Virus record (IMG/VR): IMGVR_UViG_3300036762_000065
Coordinates: 1-64,000 of that record
Reading direction: 5' to 3' (one strand)
DNA: 64,000 bases
Origin: a virus
Taxonomy: Duplodnaviria; Caudoviricetes
Of the stretch, positions 62,470-64,000 are shown one piece after another. The notes under the pieces were generated by a model. It was not told the DNA's origin and ran no database searches. It worked only from the letters and a program-made list of their open reading frames with translations. Made by a program: the position numbers and the translations under genes. Position 1 is the first letter of the stretch. Every line of letters starts with the position of its first letter.

Positions 62470-64000
62470 ATGCCTGCTACATCTGTACATCCTAGTGCTG
62501 GCGTATACACCAATGAAATCGACTTATCGCAGCGTGTTCGTGCTGCAAGTACTTCCATTGGTGCTATAATTGGTGCCGCTCCAAAAGGTCCTGTAGGTGA
62601 ACGAACTTTAGTTACTGATAAAGAAGAACTAAGGTTGAATTTCGGCTATGGCGATGCAAAAAAATACGGGTATATGTTATTCTGCGCTGAGCCTTTTCTA
62701 GCTCAAAGTAGTCAACTGTATGTGACTCGCCTAGTTAACGGTGCGTTAACTGCCGGAGCCTACTTAACTGTTGATAACCCTGCTGCCGCAGTTCCCCAAT
62801 TATCTTTGACAAACTTTGATGATGGTTCCAACAATCCGCTCGGTATTGTTGATCCTATGAACAATCTTGCGTTTGATCCTAGCGACCCTTCTATTACAAA
62901 CACATTAATGTTCTTCGCTGCCGCTAATCCTGGTGAGTGGAATAATAAAATTGCAGTTAAATTGCGCCCCTCTAACCCTAAAGGGTTGCCTGTAGGGCAG
63001 GGTCATGATGTTAACCATTTTTATATTGATGTGTTTTACGACTACACAGGTCCAAATAACATGCCTGTGGAAAGCTTCCTTGTAAGTAGAACCCATGAGC
63101 TTGACGGTGGCGGTCGCCAGATGTTTGTTGAAGATGCAATTAATGGTTCTTCTAATTACATAAGGGTTAAAAACAATCCACTATGTCCTATTGTAGGCGT
63201 ACTATCCGAGGTGTTTGAGTTTCTTGACGGAGGAACTGACGGAGATGCAGTTACAGCCGATCAAGTTGCCGTTGCTTGGGATTTATATGACGATCCTGAA
63301 ACACTAGACGTTAATCTACTTATCTCTAGCGGATATGATGTTCCTGTAGTACATAGAAAGATGGATCAAGTAGCCCGTCTACGTGGCGATGCCATTGCTA
63401 TACTGAACGTTCCAGATTCTGAGTTTGAAGTGTCTAGTGCTGTAAACTACAAGCGAAACACGTTGAACTTAAATAGTAGTTATAGCGCACTGTATGGACC
63501 TTTCATACAAATCAGAGATACTGCTAATAATAGGCTTATCTATATTCCGCCTTCTGGACATATTGCGGCAGCGTATGCATTTACAGACACAAATAGAGCG
63601 GTTTGGTTTGCACCCGCCGGTTTGTCTCGTGGACAGGTTCGAGTTCTCGGTGTGCGTAAGAAGTACAACCAAGGAATGAGAGATGCACTTGATAAAGCAC
63701 AAGTTAACGTAATTCGTTTCTTTCCGGGAAGAGGTTATGTTATTTGGGGGCAAGAAACTTGCCAATCTCATGCTAGTGCCTTCTCTAACGTTAACGTTAG
63801 ACGTTTGATAAACTTTATGAAAAAGTCTATTGCTACAGCCGCACTTGTTGGAGTGTTTGATCCGAATGATGCGTTTTTACGATTACAGTTAAAAAGGCTG
63901 GCAGAAGATTTCCTCAAGCCTATAAAACGAGGTCGTGGTTTGTACGATTTTGATGTTATTTGCGATGAGCGTAATAACAAGAATGACACTATTGCAAACG
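62470..64000 (+). CDS. Contractile tail sheath protein (3' end outside the window)
   Basis: MPATSVHPSAGVYTNEIDLS...GAAPKGP; PPSGHIAA; WFAPAG..RG; IWGQET; NVRRL; FDPND; DVICDERNN. Confidence 0.93.
   Translation, partial: MPATSVHPSAGVYTNEIDLSQRVRAASTSIGAIIGAAPKGPVGERTLVTDKEELRLNFGYGDAKKYGYMLFCAEPFLAQSSQLYVTRLVNGALTAGAYLTVDNPAAAVPQLSLTNFDDGSNNPLGIVDPMNNLAFDPSDPSITNTLMFFAAANPGEWNNKIAVKLRPSNPKGLPVGQGHDVNHFYIDVFYDYTGPNNMPVESFLVSRTHELDGGGRQMFVEDAINGSSNYIRVKNNPLCPIVGVLSEVFEFLDGGTDGDAVTADQVAVAWDLYDDPETLDVNLLISSGYDVPVVHRKMDQVARLRGDAIAILNVPDSEFEVSSAVNYKRNTLNLNSSYSALYGPFIQIRDTANNRLIYIPPSGHIAAAYAFTDTNRAVWFAPAGLSRGQVRVLGVRKKYNQGMRDALDKAQVNVIRFFPGRGYVIWGQETCQSHASAFSNVNVRRLINFMKKSIATAALVGVFDPNDAFLRLQLKRLAEDFLKPIKRGRGLYDFDVICDERNNKNDTIAN

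Noticed and set aside
62905-63989. Short ORFs listed near the right end
   Set aside because: All lie within the tail sheath reading frame starting at 62470, which the track omitted because it has no stop in the window.

Overview
A 64-kb segment of an AT-rich (roughly 35% GC, judged by eye), gene-dense jumbo myovirus genome, almost all on the + strand after about 5.8 kb. The gene set is loosely reminiscent of RSL1/PaBG/Lu11-type jumbo phages (inference). It includes a replisome (DnaG-type primase, family-A DNA polymerase with an N-terminal UDG-like domain, DnaX-like clamp loader, probable beta-clamp). It also has repair and recombination genes (SbcCD-like pair, RuvC-like, ExoIII, Cas4-like, SF2 and SNF2 helicases), a histone H1-like protein, two holin-like paralogues, probable virion proteins and the 5' part of the tail sheath gene. 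Main findings: (1) an operon at about 9.0-13.85 kb encoding a ParB-like protein, an intein-containing C5-cytosine methyltransferase with Arg replacing the motif-X Asn, a chorismate mutase-like protein, a CmoA-like carboxy-SAM synthase and an asparagine synthetase-like amide ligase, which together look like a route to 5-carboxymethylcytosine and an amidated derivative in DNA; (2) a fractured helicase gene with a naturally split intein flanking a free-standing endonuclease; (3) a probable programmed -1 frameshift (G GGA AAG plus hairpin) joining two ORFs at 33.3-36.5 kb; (4) a non-coding region with 8-bp iteron-like repeats and clustered GNA-triloop hairpins; (5) a recurrent TGTAAATA promoter-like motif. 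No tRNA, rRNA or CRISPR array was seen. All calls rest on motif recognition by eye; no searches were run.
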